From the NCBI RefSeq assembly GCF_009914755.1, contig NC_060931.1: a DNA stretch of 64,000 nt; one strand, 5' to 3'. Positions 11,560 through 25,781 of the stretch are shown here, piece after piece (position 1 is the first letter of the stretch; each line of letters opens with the position of its first letter). The notes beneath the pieces were generated by a model that made no database searches, was not told the DNA's origin, and saw only the letters and a list, made by a program, of their open reading frames with translations. The DNA comes from the human T2T-CHM13v2.0 reference genome, Homo sapiens. The translations under genes were made by a program, and so were the position numbers.

Positions 11560-13973
11560 CAGACAAGAAAGGATTTTCTGGTTGGGGTAAGGTCTTGAAA
11601 GCAGTATGGTATCTTTATCTTCTCAAATCTATGGAAATAGATCTAGAATAGCAGTACAAACACACACACACATAAAATTTTCATTAAAAATTGGATAATA
11701 AGGTGTACTCCACAACCCCAGGATAAAAATTGGTATTTAAACATGGTGACAGCAGGGACCCCAACGGCCTTAGCAGCTGTGTGGAGGTTGTGAAGGAAAG
11801 CAAAAAGAGTTACTAAGGATCATATGAGCCCTGATACACAAAGCAAATACTTTGTCCCAAAAGAAGAGGACACCCAGCAAATATTTCCAAGAATAATCTG
11901 TAAAAATGACAAGATTTGCATGCTCTAAGCTTGGAGAAAGTGCAAAAAGACCACAAGAGACCTGCTAAGTATCTTCGAGATCAGAAGGAACTGGACCATC
12001 CTAAATCCTCAGAGACCTTAGGAAATGTGGAAGCAAAAATTATTGCAAAAGGATACAAATACATATCCTCAAGAAAAAAGTTGAGTAGAATCCAATGTTT
12101 ACAGGACAGGAGTTAGGAAGGAAGGAGAGAACAGATTGACATATTAGGGAGATCATCTCAAAACTGTGGAGATAAATATACATGGAGGCCATATTTTCAA
12201 ATACTTTGTATATCAACAGAGGATGGAGCCCTTGAACAGTGAAGCTAGCAAAGCAACGCTGGCATATTCCATCACCGCAAATGAAACCTTTTCTTGAAAG
12301 TACAAAAGCTCTTTTCATTTAAACATGAGCACCTGGAAAGGATTGCAACAAAGCATTATACAAATATACTTTTTAAGAAGTTGAAGAAAGTAAGCTAAGC
12401 AAAATACTGACACTTTAATAAAGGCATGTGAAAAGAGCAGATGAACACTTTAACTTAATACTATAAAAGCTATAACAGGACAGCATAAGGCAGAAATTGA
12501 GAAGCTCAGAAATGAGATAACTAAACAATGGGAGTATGTGCAAAGAGAATTTACAGACCTCTGGAAAGAATTAGAAGAAAAACATTTCCACAAAACTGGA
12601 AGAACACAAGTACAAATACATTGGAAATACAGTCAGGGAAATAGAACATAAACGGGAGGAATGAAAACATCAACAACAAATTGTGTAAAGGATTTGAGAG
12701 AAAATGTCTAAAAGTCACATAAAGAAAACTAAACATGTATGTAATTGGAGCATCTGAAGAAGAAAACCAAAGGAATAGAACTGGACAAATGCAAAACATT
12801 AAATCAAGAACACAGGGACCTGCATATTGAAAAGACACCACAATCCTGAAAAAAATCAACCCAGGTTAGTGAAATTCTTGAACTTTAAGAAAACAACAAA
12901 ACTCCTAAATACCTAGGCAAAAGGATCAATTAATTTATAAATGTTAGAAAATCAGATTGACATGCTGCTTCTTGACTACAGTGCCTCAAACGGATAAGCA
13001 ATGGTGTGACATATTTAAATCAGGAAAATAAAACAAACCAAGGATTTTATAAACAGTCTGACCTTTTATTACAAAATGTATAGACAGATATGAATATGAA
13101 GGAAATTAGGATTAATCCCTTTATAACCTAAAAGTGGGAGAACTTTTTAAACTATGATTTTGAATGCAGAAAAGATAAATTTGACAGATGAACTTTTACA
13201 GGATGAAGACAAAACCTTAACTGAAGTCAAAATACAAATAGCAAACTAAGTAGTAAAGTTTACAAATCATATCACAGACAGAGGGCCAATATCCTTACTC
13301 TATAAAGAGCTTCAGAATTTGAGAAGAAAAAGGCCAACCTCCAAAGCAAAATAGAAGCTATGAACAGCTAGTTCACAAAAAAGAAATGCAAATGACCTTT
13401 AAACATTTGAAAAGATGTCCAATCTTGCTCATAATAGAAATGCAAATTAAAGCTACACTTAGATGCCATTTCTATCACAGTGGCAAAAATCCAAAATGTT
13501 GACAACATACTTTGTTGGCAGTAGTGACTGAAAACAAGTATATTCATTCCTTGCTAGTGAATGAAAATTTGGCATTATTTGCCAAATTACATCTGCATTT
13601 ACTTTTTGGCTCAGAAATCCTACTTTGAAAAATTTATTCTCAGGATAGTTGTCAAATATAGTAAATGGTATTTGCGCAAATTATTTATTGTGCCAATGTT
13701 TGCAGAAGCAAACAACTGGAAACAATGTAAATACCAATAATAGAGGACTGATGGAATAAGATACTATGTGTACACAATGGTAAAATGGAAGGAGAACTAT
13801 ATTTTACTACAGTATGATATTGACAATATGTTTTTCTTTGAAAACACCACACACTCAAACCCACACATATACACACAAAGAGACAAACAATGGGATGATA
13901 AACCAAATCTAATACAATTGGTTCACCTCTGAGTTTGGGAAGGAATTTGGAAGAGGGAGTGGATAAGCAAGTA

Positions 13974-14008
<35 letters not shown>

Positions 14009-14860
14009 TGTATCTGTGTACATTTTTTTTACATAACTTAAAAGATGAAATCAAAAGTAACTGCCAAAAATTGAGACAAAAGGAAACATTATTCTAACTG
14101 TATATGAAGTTGGTGACACTAACAAAACTGAAATAATTATTTTAAGTGACTTGAAAACATTGTGCTGTGACTATAAATGTCGGGAGTTGTGTTCCAAATG
14201 GCAAAGAGAATCACAACAAATTTTAAACTGTACTTAATAGTTGCATTATTAGGAGTACCTTTGATGTAGTTTGGAAATTTTATACTTAAATAAGTTATTA
14301 TGTAAATGCCTTAGGGAGCAAGAGTTTTAGCAATAAGACCAAAGAGATACAAAATCAAAGAAATTGAATTTTCCACTTTTGACCCAAATAGAATAATGCC
14401 TGAAATACCCCACCTGAAATCACTGTAAAACTGGACAAATATAGTAAACAATATTTTCAGACATTGGACATCAGCCAGCACAGGGCAGTGATTCCTGAGA
14501 AAGCAAAAACAAAGGAGATAAGCCCTATGATTGCACCAGCAAGCCCTGTGATTGTACCAGCTTACTGTCTGAGAAAGGTTCCAGCCTGCAGCACAAGGAA
14601 GGAACCAACCCAGGCAGAGCTCAGTGGTCTTCCTCAATGGAGATGGAACTGGGTGTCCAGAAAGCCAAAATGACTAGAGTTAGCAGGGCAGAGTACCAGA
14701 AGGTAGAGAGCTGGAGAGGGTGCTCTTAAGCCTGCAGCTGTGTCCTGATCAACATATATGTGTGAGGAACATACCTGAGGCTGAGGAAAGACCACCCAAT
14801 AGGAGCAGAGAGAATAGTCCTCAGAGCTCACACAAGGCCAAGAACAGTTGTTGTTTCTCA
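11560..14860 (+). mobile_element. Ancient L1M fragments (boundaries approximate)
   Basis: A-rich, with degenerate ORF1-like (12450-13100) and ORF2 3'-like (13130-13830) segments and no intact ORF. Confidence 0.5.
13977..14006 (+). repeat. (TG)15 microsatellite
   Basis: 15 perfect TG units counted directly. Confidence 0.97.
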
Positions 14861-16238
14861 ATTTGTAATAAAATTATAATATTTTGGGAACAACTTTGGG
14901 TCTTTATTTCTTTACAAATTGAGTGATTTGTAAGATTATTAGAAAATTATATTTATCAATTGCTTTTGTCTGTATACTTTAGCTATGTCATTTAATCCTC
15001 AAACATGGATTTTAAAGAGGAAGAAAAGTAAATTGCATTAAATACTGCAGGTAGGAAATGGCAAAAATGGAATTCTAACTTGATTGCAGATATACCACGC
15101 AACTTTCATAACTTCATTAGCACCTTATAACTCCCAGGATTTGGTTGCTATCACTAGAGCCATAAGAAAAATCATTACTAATTAATTTTGTAATGGAGAC
15201 ATATATTTTGTCAGTAAACTAGCCAACTTTTCAATTTGGAATGAAATACTAGATGGAATGTTGTTTTATTGTCCCACCAGGTTCAGTAATGTTCGTTATG
15301 GCTACAAACGTGGTATACAGAGTAATTTAGAACATGATTCATTTATTCACAACTAGGACTGACTTATAAGCCCTAAGGACTAGATTATGATGGATTCACC
15401 CGCCCATAAGTAATTAAAAATAAAACGCTGAAGTGTAGAAAATCCAACAAAGTTCAGATTTTATTATGATGATGTTAAACACTTCTTATGCCTTTTTATG
15501 TATTTTGGTGTATTATAGATACTATAAACGTGTTTAAATTTCCTATTAGGTAATCCAGTGGGGATCACTACCCCTACTCAGGTTGAGAGAGTCCAAAATG
15601 AGTGAGTGGGAACTGTTTTGATTGCTCAAGACAACAGCATGGACTTAGTAGCAGTGACTTAGCAAATTTGTGTTTGCTTGTATTATTTTGTTTTTTAATA
15701 AACCAGTTTGCTCTGTTCTTAACTTGGGCAACTTAAAACACTAAGAAATATTTATAAAATATCTGCAGGAGGCACTTTAATTGCTCTTGTAATACATACA
15801 AAGATTAAATCCATCAGAGCATTTAGAAAGGAAATGGTGGTGGAGAGTGGAAGAAACAATAAAATGGAAAATTTTTGTATAAGTAGATTGTAAGGAAAAT
15901 AAGTAATTGTCATGCAAGACTCAGAAACAAAAAAAGGATGTTGTGGGCATCCAATAGAGGACTTGTATGTTAGAGAGAACAGGAAACAGTTATTTGAACT
16001 CTGGTTTTGAGGTTAACCTTGAAAAGAGGAAGTTTTTACCTACAAATTTTTCCTTGTCTTATACCTGCATAAAATATCTTTTCTTGATTAGAAAAAGAAA
16101 TGTAACAACACCTTCAAAGCAGAGTTGATCAATGTAAAAAAAATCTTAAAAACTGAGTATGTAAGTACTTTGAGATGAGAATACTCAAAAAAAGACTAAT
16201 TATAGTAAGAATCATTGATGAGCCATGTGGTTGTGTCA

Positions 16239-16385
16239 TTTTTTTTAATTTTAAAAATATGGAGGATGTGCAGGTTTGTTACATAGGTAAATGTGTGCCA
16301 TGGTGGTTTATTGTACCCATCAACCCATCCCCTAGGTATTAAGCTCAGCATGATTAGCTATTTTTCCTAATGCTCTCCCTTCCCC
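16239..16385 (-). mobile_element. Short L1PA 3'-end fragment
   Basis: Poly-T followed by gtgcaggtttgttacataggtaaatgtgtgccatggtgg (antisense L1 3'UTR). Confidence 0.75.
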
Positions 16386-16612
16386 ATCATTATTATTTCT
16401 AAGATGGTTCTGATGAGCAGTCACTTTAGGGGATCATGTAATGGCAAAACTTACATGTGAAAATTCTGCTTCAGTGAATTCAGAGGGAGTTTTGAAATGT
16501 GTGTTTGTATGAAGCTCCTCAGCTTGAATCTAATGTGAAAACTGCTCTGGCAGTCAAAAAAGTAAATGTTCTATTGTTTTTAAGCCCAAAATTTCAGTGT
16601 CCAAAAATGTGA

Positions 16613-16913
<301 letters not shown>

Positions 16914-17007
16914 GATTTCATCTTTTAAAGAGAACATCTTAACACTTAATAGACTCAGACTCAACCATACCCAATACTTTCAGATGTGAAAATTTGGTAA
17001 CATTTAG

Positions 17008-17352
<345 letters not shown>

Positions 17353-17766
17353 TGAGAAGAGATGTTTGTTAAATGTGACACTGGTCAGTGTGCTTTCTGT
17401 ATGTCTTTTCTGTATTGACCTTCTCTACCATTTCTGGTTCTGCTAAAAATAGCAATAATAAATACTGGCAATTCTGTATATACAGAATCATTTAGCATTT
17501 GAAAATGTCTTTAGGAGGGTAAAATAAACTAAAAAAAAGAAAAAAGGTATTACAATTTACTTTTCAACATATGACTCTGAATAACTTCTAGCAAAGTGTT
17601 GACATAGTTGATTTGATAGATTTTATAAATGTAACATTTTGATTTCATTGTATTTGGGAAATACAGTTTTTGCCACGTTTAATAGACCATTCCTTTATCA
17701 GCTTTAAAGATGAAATACAGGTGACTGGTTTCTCTTCTGTAAATTAGCATATGTGAAAATGCCGTG

Positions 17767-19218
17767 TTTTTTTTTTTTTAATTATTAAGTTCTAGGGTAC
17801 ATGTGCACAGCGTGCAGGTTTGTTACATATGTATACAGGTGCCATGTTGGTGTGCTGCACCCATTAACTCATCATTTACTTTAGGTATTTCTCCTAATGC
17901 TATCCCTCCCCCATCCCTCCACCTCACGACAGGCCCCGGTGTGTGATGTTCCCCTCCCTGTATCCAAGTATTCTCATTATTCAATTCCCACCTATGAGTG
18001 AGAACATGTGGTGTTTGGTTTTCTGTCCTTGTGATAGTTTGCTTAGAATGATGGTTTCCAGCTTCATCCACGTCCCTACAAAGGACATGAACTCATCCTT
18101 TTTTATGGCTGTATAGTATTCCATGGTGTATATGTGCCACATTTTCTTAATCCAGTCTATAATTGATGGACATTTCGGTTGTTTCCAAGTCTTTACTATT
18201 GTGAATAGTGCTGCAATAAACATAACGTGTTAATGTGTCTTTATAGCAGCATGATTTATAATCCTTTGGGTATATACCCAGTAATGGGATTGCTGGGTCA
18301 AATGGTATTTCTAGTTCTAGATCCTTGAGGAATCACCACACTGTCTTCCACAATGGTTGAACTAGTTTACAGTCCCTCCAACAGTGTAAAAGTGTTCCTA
18401 TTTCTCCACATCCTCTCTACCATCTGTTGTTTCCTGAACTTTTTAATAATCGCCATTCTAACTGGTGTGAGATGATATCTCATTGTGGTTTTGATTTGCA
18501 TTTTTCTGATGGCCAGTGATGATGAGCATTTTTTCATGTGTCTTTTGGCTGCATAAATGTCTTCTTTTGAGAAGTGTCCGTTCATATCCTTCGCCCACTT
18601 TTTGATGGGGTTGTTTGATTTTTTTAAGTTCTTTGTAGATCCTGGATATTAGCCATTTGTCAGATGGGTAGATAGCAAAAATTTTCTCCCATTCTTTAGT
18701 TTGCCTGTTCCCTCTGATGATAGTTTCTTTTGCTATGCAGAAGCTTTTTACTTTAATTAGATCACATTTGTCAATTTTGGCTTTTGTTGCCATTGCTTTT
18801 GGTGTTTTAGTCATGAAGTCCTTGCCCATGCCTACATCCTGAATGGTATTGCCTAGGTTTTCTTCTAGGGTTTTTATGGTTTTAGGTTTTTTAAATATTA
18901 GGTCTAACATTTAAGTCTTTACTCCATCTTGAGTTAATTTTTGTACAAGGTGTAAGGAAGGGATCCAGTTTCAGCTTTCTACTTATGACAAGCCAGTTTT
19001 CCCAGGACGATTTATTAAATAGGGAATCCTTTCCCCATTTCTTGTTTTTGTCAGGTTTGTCAAAGATCAGATGGTTGTAGATGTGTGGTATTATTTCTGA
19101 GGGCTGTGTTCTGTTCCACTGGTCTGTATCTCTGTTTTGGTACCAGTACCATGCTGTTTTGGTTACTGTAGCCTTTTAGTATAGTTTGAAGTGATGCCTC
19201 CAGCTTTGTTCTTTTTGC
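17767..19218 (-). mobile_element. 5'-truncated L1PA (about L1PA4-6), ~1.45 kb, antisense in the intron
   Basis: ORF track shows L1 ORF2 C-terminal fragments ([33 protein letters not shown]; MFIAALFTIVKTWKQPKCPS). L1 3'UTR and poly-T at the left end. Confidence 0.95.
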
Positions 19219-22200
19219 AAACTATGTGTGTTTCTTAGGACATTGTTTTTGAAAGGACTGTGTAGCCTTGCCACTCATGAAAACAAAACAAACAAAAACC
19301 TTAGAGAGGTTTTCTACCTGTTTTACATGTTAACGTTTGTTTGAAAAGAGCACGGTTTGCTAACTATTGAATTAGGAAAAGGGATAATATTTATTGGCCA
19401 GCCATGAGATATATGTGAGTGACAGTGATCTGCCAGGAAGAGTGATAGTTGTTTTTTCTTGCAGAGGTTAATGGTGTGGTTAAGGTTGAGGTAGAGATGT
19501 CTGTGGTGGTGGTTGGAAAGAGGGAGGTTTGTCAGGACAGTGAGTGAAATGGAATGGTATGTTAAAGTGGAATCACTACTTAATTACAGAGAAAAAAATG
19601 GATCCCGTGGATCCATTTATTCTTATTGCTTTCTGTCAAAAGTTGCCGGTTTAAGGGCTTTTTCTTTAAAAACAACAATATAGGAAAATATACGTATATG
19701 TGAATAAAACGTTTGTAACACAATGCTAATTGTAAATTGTTTTATGCAACTGGGGAATTGTTGGGTATTTTCTCACTTAGCCCTTTGGAACAAGGAACAT
19801 ATTTTCTTTTTTATACACTGTTTAAACATTGGCCAGACTTTTTTTGGCCTACCTCCAAAGACTTTTTTCATGTCAAATAACATAAATATGTACTAATAAA
19901 TAATAAAAAACCCTGTGATGTTTTCTTTTAAGTACCAGCAAGTATATTTAAATGTGAATATCATACTCTATTTTAAATAATTATGCAGAAATTCTCACAT
20001 TTTGGAATACTGCCACTTAAACTGAGACAGACTGAACATTAAATGAAAAATAAGATTATTTGGATGAACATTAACTAGATGACAGTGAGATAAGAGGCTG
20101 AATTTTCTGTACATTATCTATAAGTATGTTGAAAATGTAACTGCTTTGCTTTCTTAAAATGATTAGTATATATTAGTAGTACTACTTTTTAGTAACATTT
20201 GTCTTTCTACTTATGAAAATATTTGTCATTATAAGACATTTGAGAACTATAATGTATAAAGATTTTTACTTCTGCTACCTAGGTCGAACTATTACCATAT
20301 ACATATATTTACGAACAATGCATATACATTTACAAATGTAATCATTCTCATGTGTAAAGGATACACACATTCATTCACATATATACAAATGCACATTTCA
20401 ACTGAGGTCACAGTACATTTTCCCATGTTAAATGGTCTTGTGTAGTCTTTTACATGATCATATTATAATTAATTCAACCATTTTCTTAATGGATGTTTAA
20501 TTTTACTATTACAAATATTAGGAAAATATCTTTGTGCTTAAACTTTGTTTCCATTTCAGGTTATTTCTTTAGGATAAATTCCTGAAAGTACATTTGCCAA
20601 TTAAAGATCATAGGTAGTTTAGGGTCTTTGTTAACAATTATGGTGATCTCTTTTCATCTTTTAAATTAAATGGATTCTCACTACTCTGAGCAACAAATGT
20701 CTAACCTTTATTACTAAATTTTTATTTATTCTGTCTTATTTTTTCTTTGTCTTAATTCTCATAAGCATTTGTATTCTCAACCTGTATTACATCATTGATC
20801 CCTTAAATATTCTAATGAAACTATGGACACTACAGAAAAAGACATGTACCAGCATAATTTTGCATATACAAAGACTTCCAAGATCCTTCTAAATTTCAAT
20901 CCTTGGTCTTATCAGAAGATCCATTGACCTCAAATTAACTATCTCTTTCCTATCATGTCTAGAAATGAAATTGACATGAACATTAAGAGCCAAATAGATA
21001 AAATATTTATATATTTAAAGATTATTTTTACTGTGTTTGAGAACATTTTTGAAATTTCTTTACATTTGTGACTATACCAATGTAAATGACTCCATAAATG
21101 TAATCATGTAATTGCTGACTCTAGCATATTCTTTCATCCTTTTTTTTACTAAAACTATTTTCTCTCCTTCAACTCATCCCATATTGCATCTTTTCATATC
21201 TTTCTACATATTCCTATTAACATTTATGTATACTCACATATTCAGCTTTATAAAAATCAGTATTTTTAAAAAATATTATTTAGTACTTATTTATGTGCAT
21301 CTTGGTTTTCACATTTGTTAATACCTTGTAAAAATCTTTCCTAATTATCTGACTTGATTCTTTTTGATGGCTTCATAATATTCTATATAAGGACTTAATA
21401 TAATTTATTCTTTCTTTTTATGAATAGAATTCATTTTATTGTCAGGATTTTTTTTCCCATTCCAAATAACACTGTCATTAGCATCCTAATGTTTTTATTT
21501 CTGTGGAATAGGTGCTCAGAAGTAGGATTGCCCGATCAAAGTCTATACATAATTCTAATTTTAATGTATATAACTAAATTACTGATGAAATGGCTGTAAC
21601 ACTTCACATATTTGCTAGCAGTATGAAAATATACCCTTTTCCCATATCTGTGCCAGGAATAGAATTTGGTGCTTTCTATAAATTGTACTAGTTTGAGGAA
21701 TTTAAAGCAATATTCCATTTTTACTTAAATAAACTTTTTCCTAACTATAAATGAATTTGAGCATTGTAAAATATTTTTGGCCATTTAGCTTTGTACCTTT
21801 TTGATTTGTTTATGTATATCCTTTGTTCTTTTTTCATTTCCTGTTAGAGTTTTGTCTTTTTCTTTTCAATTTGTAAGGGCTCTTTGCATGTTATAGATTA
21901 TAACCGATGCTTACAAATATTTCTTTTATTTATCCTTTAGTGTCTATGGATTTTGTTTATGATACCTTTTGGTATGACTGTTATAGATCTTTTATATATC
22001 TGTTATTTTTTATTTAACATTTTTCAATTTTTTAATGACTGTTTTCTACAGTAATTTGTGACAATAGTTGTAAATTACAAATGTAGAAGGTGATCCCAGC
22101 TATTAGTTGTTACTTAAGCATGTGAATGATGCAACCACATTTCTCCCCAACCAACCAGACTTGAATCTAGCCCATTTCTTCTTCATAGTGAGCTGTTGTA

Positions 22201-22575
22201 AATCTCTACTAGTGTACAAGTTGAAATAGCAATTTCTTTTAAACAAAAAAGATTATTTTAGGTACTGTTGAACATTTTAAATGGTCATCTTTGTATTTAA
22301 TAGAATAGGAAACAGCTTACTAATGTCCATATTCTGAAGCTATACATTTTGTTTTTTTTAAATACTGAATTATGTTTTTATTCTTGGCATATTACATACA
22401 TAGTACTCGTGCATAAAACCAAATAATTGGTTTAATTTTCTTTGACATTTTGGTATTACTTTCTTTTTCTTAATAAATGAAGCATAGCTACAGCTGAAGT
22501 TACTTTAATTTTAAATACATATTTGTATGTTTATTTTTAGCTAACTTGTAAATTTTCTGTGTCCTTTTTTTGTAG

Positions 22576-22749
<174 letters not shown>

Positions 22750-22831
22750 TAAATGAATGTCAGCTTTGTATATCATATAACTTGAAGGAGGTGGGGGATT
22801 TCCTCAAAAACTTGATTTAGAAATGTGTCTC

Positions 22832-23133
22832 TGCTGGGTACAGTGCCTCATGCCTGTGATCCCAGCACCTTGGGAGGCTGAGCTCAGTGGACTGCTTGAG
22901 CCCAGGAATTCGAGACCAGCCTGGGCAACATGGTGAAACCTCATCTCTACAAAAAAAATACAAAAATGTGCTGAGTGTGGTAGTGTGCACCTCTCTTCCC
23001 ACCTACTGGGGAGGCTGAGGTGGGAGGATCACTTGAGCCCAGTAGGTCGAGGCTCGCGAGCCGTGATCACACCGCTGTACTCCAAACTAGGTGACACAGT
23101 GAGATCCTGTCTCAAAAAAGAAAAAAAAGAAAA
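22832..23133 (+). mobile_element. AluJ element
   Basis: Dimeric Alu with J-type gcttgagcccagg. 12-bp TSD AGAAATGTGTCT (22819-22830, 23134-23145). Confidence 0.92.
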
Positions 23134-23286
23134 AGAAATGTGTCTTATACACATACAAGATGAAATCTTTGAGAATCAAGCTTGTAAAAGGAGAAAAATT
23201 TCTAATTATTTGAAGTTATGAAGTATATCTGAAATGTTTGATGTTTTGATCTTGTTCTCTATCGAATTTCTCCTTTTGCCTTTCAG

Positions 23287-23336
23287 ATTGATTACACAGT
23301 ACCTACCGTTATAGCAGAGGAAATGAGTTATATGTA
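23287..23336 (+). CDS. TMEM106B: TMEM106B exon 7, aa 195-211
   Basis: tttcag|ATT GAT TAC ACA GTA CCT...ATG TA|GTAAGT. Reads IDYTVPTVIAEEMSYMY. 50 nt. Confidence 0.97.
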
Positions 23337-23957
23337 GTAAGTTCTGATTTATAATAACTTTTTATTGTCAAATAATGAAGTGTATAAAATAAAGTATAAA
23401 GAGTATACATATTTTTTAATTTCCGTTATCAGTCAAAAAGAGTACATTATGTAGTATTCTGGCTTCTGGTCCTCTCTGTTCCTCTTTTTCAACATATATA
23501 ATATTCATGTATATATACACATAAAATTTGTTTTTTTATTTATTTTTCAGAATTAGGGTTATACCATGTCACTTTATTTTTCATTACTATGTTACTGTGT
23601 TAAACTTGTTACTATGTTAAAATAATTATAAATTTTCATCATCTTTTGAATAAGCGTAGATACAGACTTTTAGGGTAAATAACAACCTAGTTATCAAAAT
23701 TTCAGAAGATGAGCAAAATATATAAGTAATTTATAGCCTGCATTTAAACAACCCTGCAACTGCAGTGGCATGAATACATACATGTTTTTCAAGTAAGAAG
23801 TCATGAATATATCAGTCATTGTTTGAAGTATAGAAAATTTCTCAACCAACAAATGCTTATATTTCTTAGCATCTCTGTTAGCTTTAAGATAGGAAGGAGA
23901 ATTTTTAATTTATAATGTAGTAACTTGCATTTGTTCACATTTTAATTTCTTTAACAG

Positions 23958-24011
23958 TGATTTCTGTACTCTGATATCCATCAAAGTGCATAACATAGTA
24001 CTCATGATGCA
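23958..24011 (+). CDS. TMEM106B: TMEM106B exon 8, aa 211-229
   Basis: aacag|T GAT TTC TGT...ATG ATG CA|GTAAGT. Reads DFCTLISIKVHNIVLMMQ. 54 nt. Confidence 0.97.
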
Positions 24012-24703
24012 GTAAGTACAAATCTTTTTTGAAAGAGATATTGCTTGTTAACATTTTGGATTTATAACATTGGCTTATAATATATACAACATCTTTATAA
24101 ATGCCACCTCAGTTGGGTTTTAAGCCTTACAAGAGTGCTATGAGTAAATATCACCCACTTTAAAAATTACGAAATGGTTGTTCAGAGAAGTAGTGAAAGA
24201 CTACGTGACTGCTAAGTAGTGAATCTGGATGTCACAGGAGTTCAGGAAAATGGAAAGGATACAGGGAACTGAGCCCCACATCCAATTCCTTACTCCCTTG
24301 ACAAATAGTCATTAACAGTAATAAGAATATTATTGGTTTGTAAATTGGGTGTTATCTAAGCCAATAAAACATTGTTGATTATAGGTTTGGTGTTTTGACC
24401 ATTAGCTGACATTTGATTAACCTTTTTTTCTATGATAAGAGAACCATGGTCACTTTTAAGCATATAATGAACTTTTATATTTTTAACAGAAGATAATTGT
24501 TTTAAAATATTACACTTATTACGTGTAATTATGTCTACAGGGCTCACTCAGCTATCCATTTTTGTTGTCTGTTGGGGAAATACTCCTTAAGAGGATTGTG
24601 TGCACAATATTAAGTTATCATTAATCAAATATTCTCTTCTGGGAGATAATTTTTATGTGTTAAAGTAGTCTCACTATGGAAAAACTTCTAATATAACTAT
24701 TAA

Positions 24704-24871
<168 letters not shown>

Positions 24872-25602
24872 AAACTGGAAGAGATGGATTTAAAGAAGAA
24901 ATATCTATTGATATTTCCTATACTCTCAATGAAGAGGTATTTCCTAATAGGAGACCTTAAATTGAACAAACCTAAAGTTTACACTTCTAAGAGTACAGTT
25001 AAAAGTATGTGGACCTGCAGTTCTTGTAACTCTCCACTCTGTGTTAATGATATATTTGTACTAGGATCTTTTACTTGAATCTAAATTTACTGGTTGATTT
25101 CCTTCTCCAGCCTATCCCCTACAGGGAAAAGCTGATACTTCCCCTATAGTACAATAAATAATTATTTAAAAGTCATAGCTCCAGTCACTACTGAAAACAT
25201 AATTTTGGTGATAAACATAATTTGAGAAACTTAATTTCTGAATGTTTTTATAGAAAATTACTGAAAATCTATTACTCATGGAAGACTTTTAAAGAGTAAC
25301 CTTTTTTCCTGTTTTATAAATTCCCATTGTTATATGGTAGTATTTCAGCTACACAATATTTTAGCTTTTAGCTAGACATTTATAGGTTTTCATTTGTTGA
25401 AATGGTAATCATCTGCATGTTTTTGTCACTTATTTCAGGTTAGTGATTGCCTAACACTTATAAGCCAAAATAATCTTTGCAAAATTCCATACCTAAAATT
25501 TTGAAAGCCCCTAATGTTTTCACACATCTTTCTGTATTAGTTATAGTTTTGTGAAATCTTTGTGTGATCTTCAAACATTATCATTTAATGTACAATACTG
25601 TA

Positions 25603-25781
25603 AATAAACTGTGCATGGCTTTTATACAGCTTTAGTAAATGTCAAATAAAGTGGTACAGACTCATTACAACAAGTTTCTCATAAAAATACAATAAATAGG
25701 AAAATGAAATTCAGAAACCCATAGACTGGGAATAGGTTCCAGTTACAGCTTGGATCTGGCATAAAATAAATTTGAAATAAA
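25603..25781 (+). terminator. TMEM106B: Proximal poly(A) signal cluster
   Basis: Five AATAAA hexamers at 25603, 25645, 25691, 25765 and 25776, followed by U/GU-rich sequence. Confidence 0.6.
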
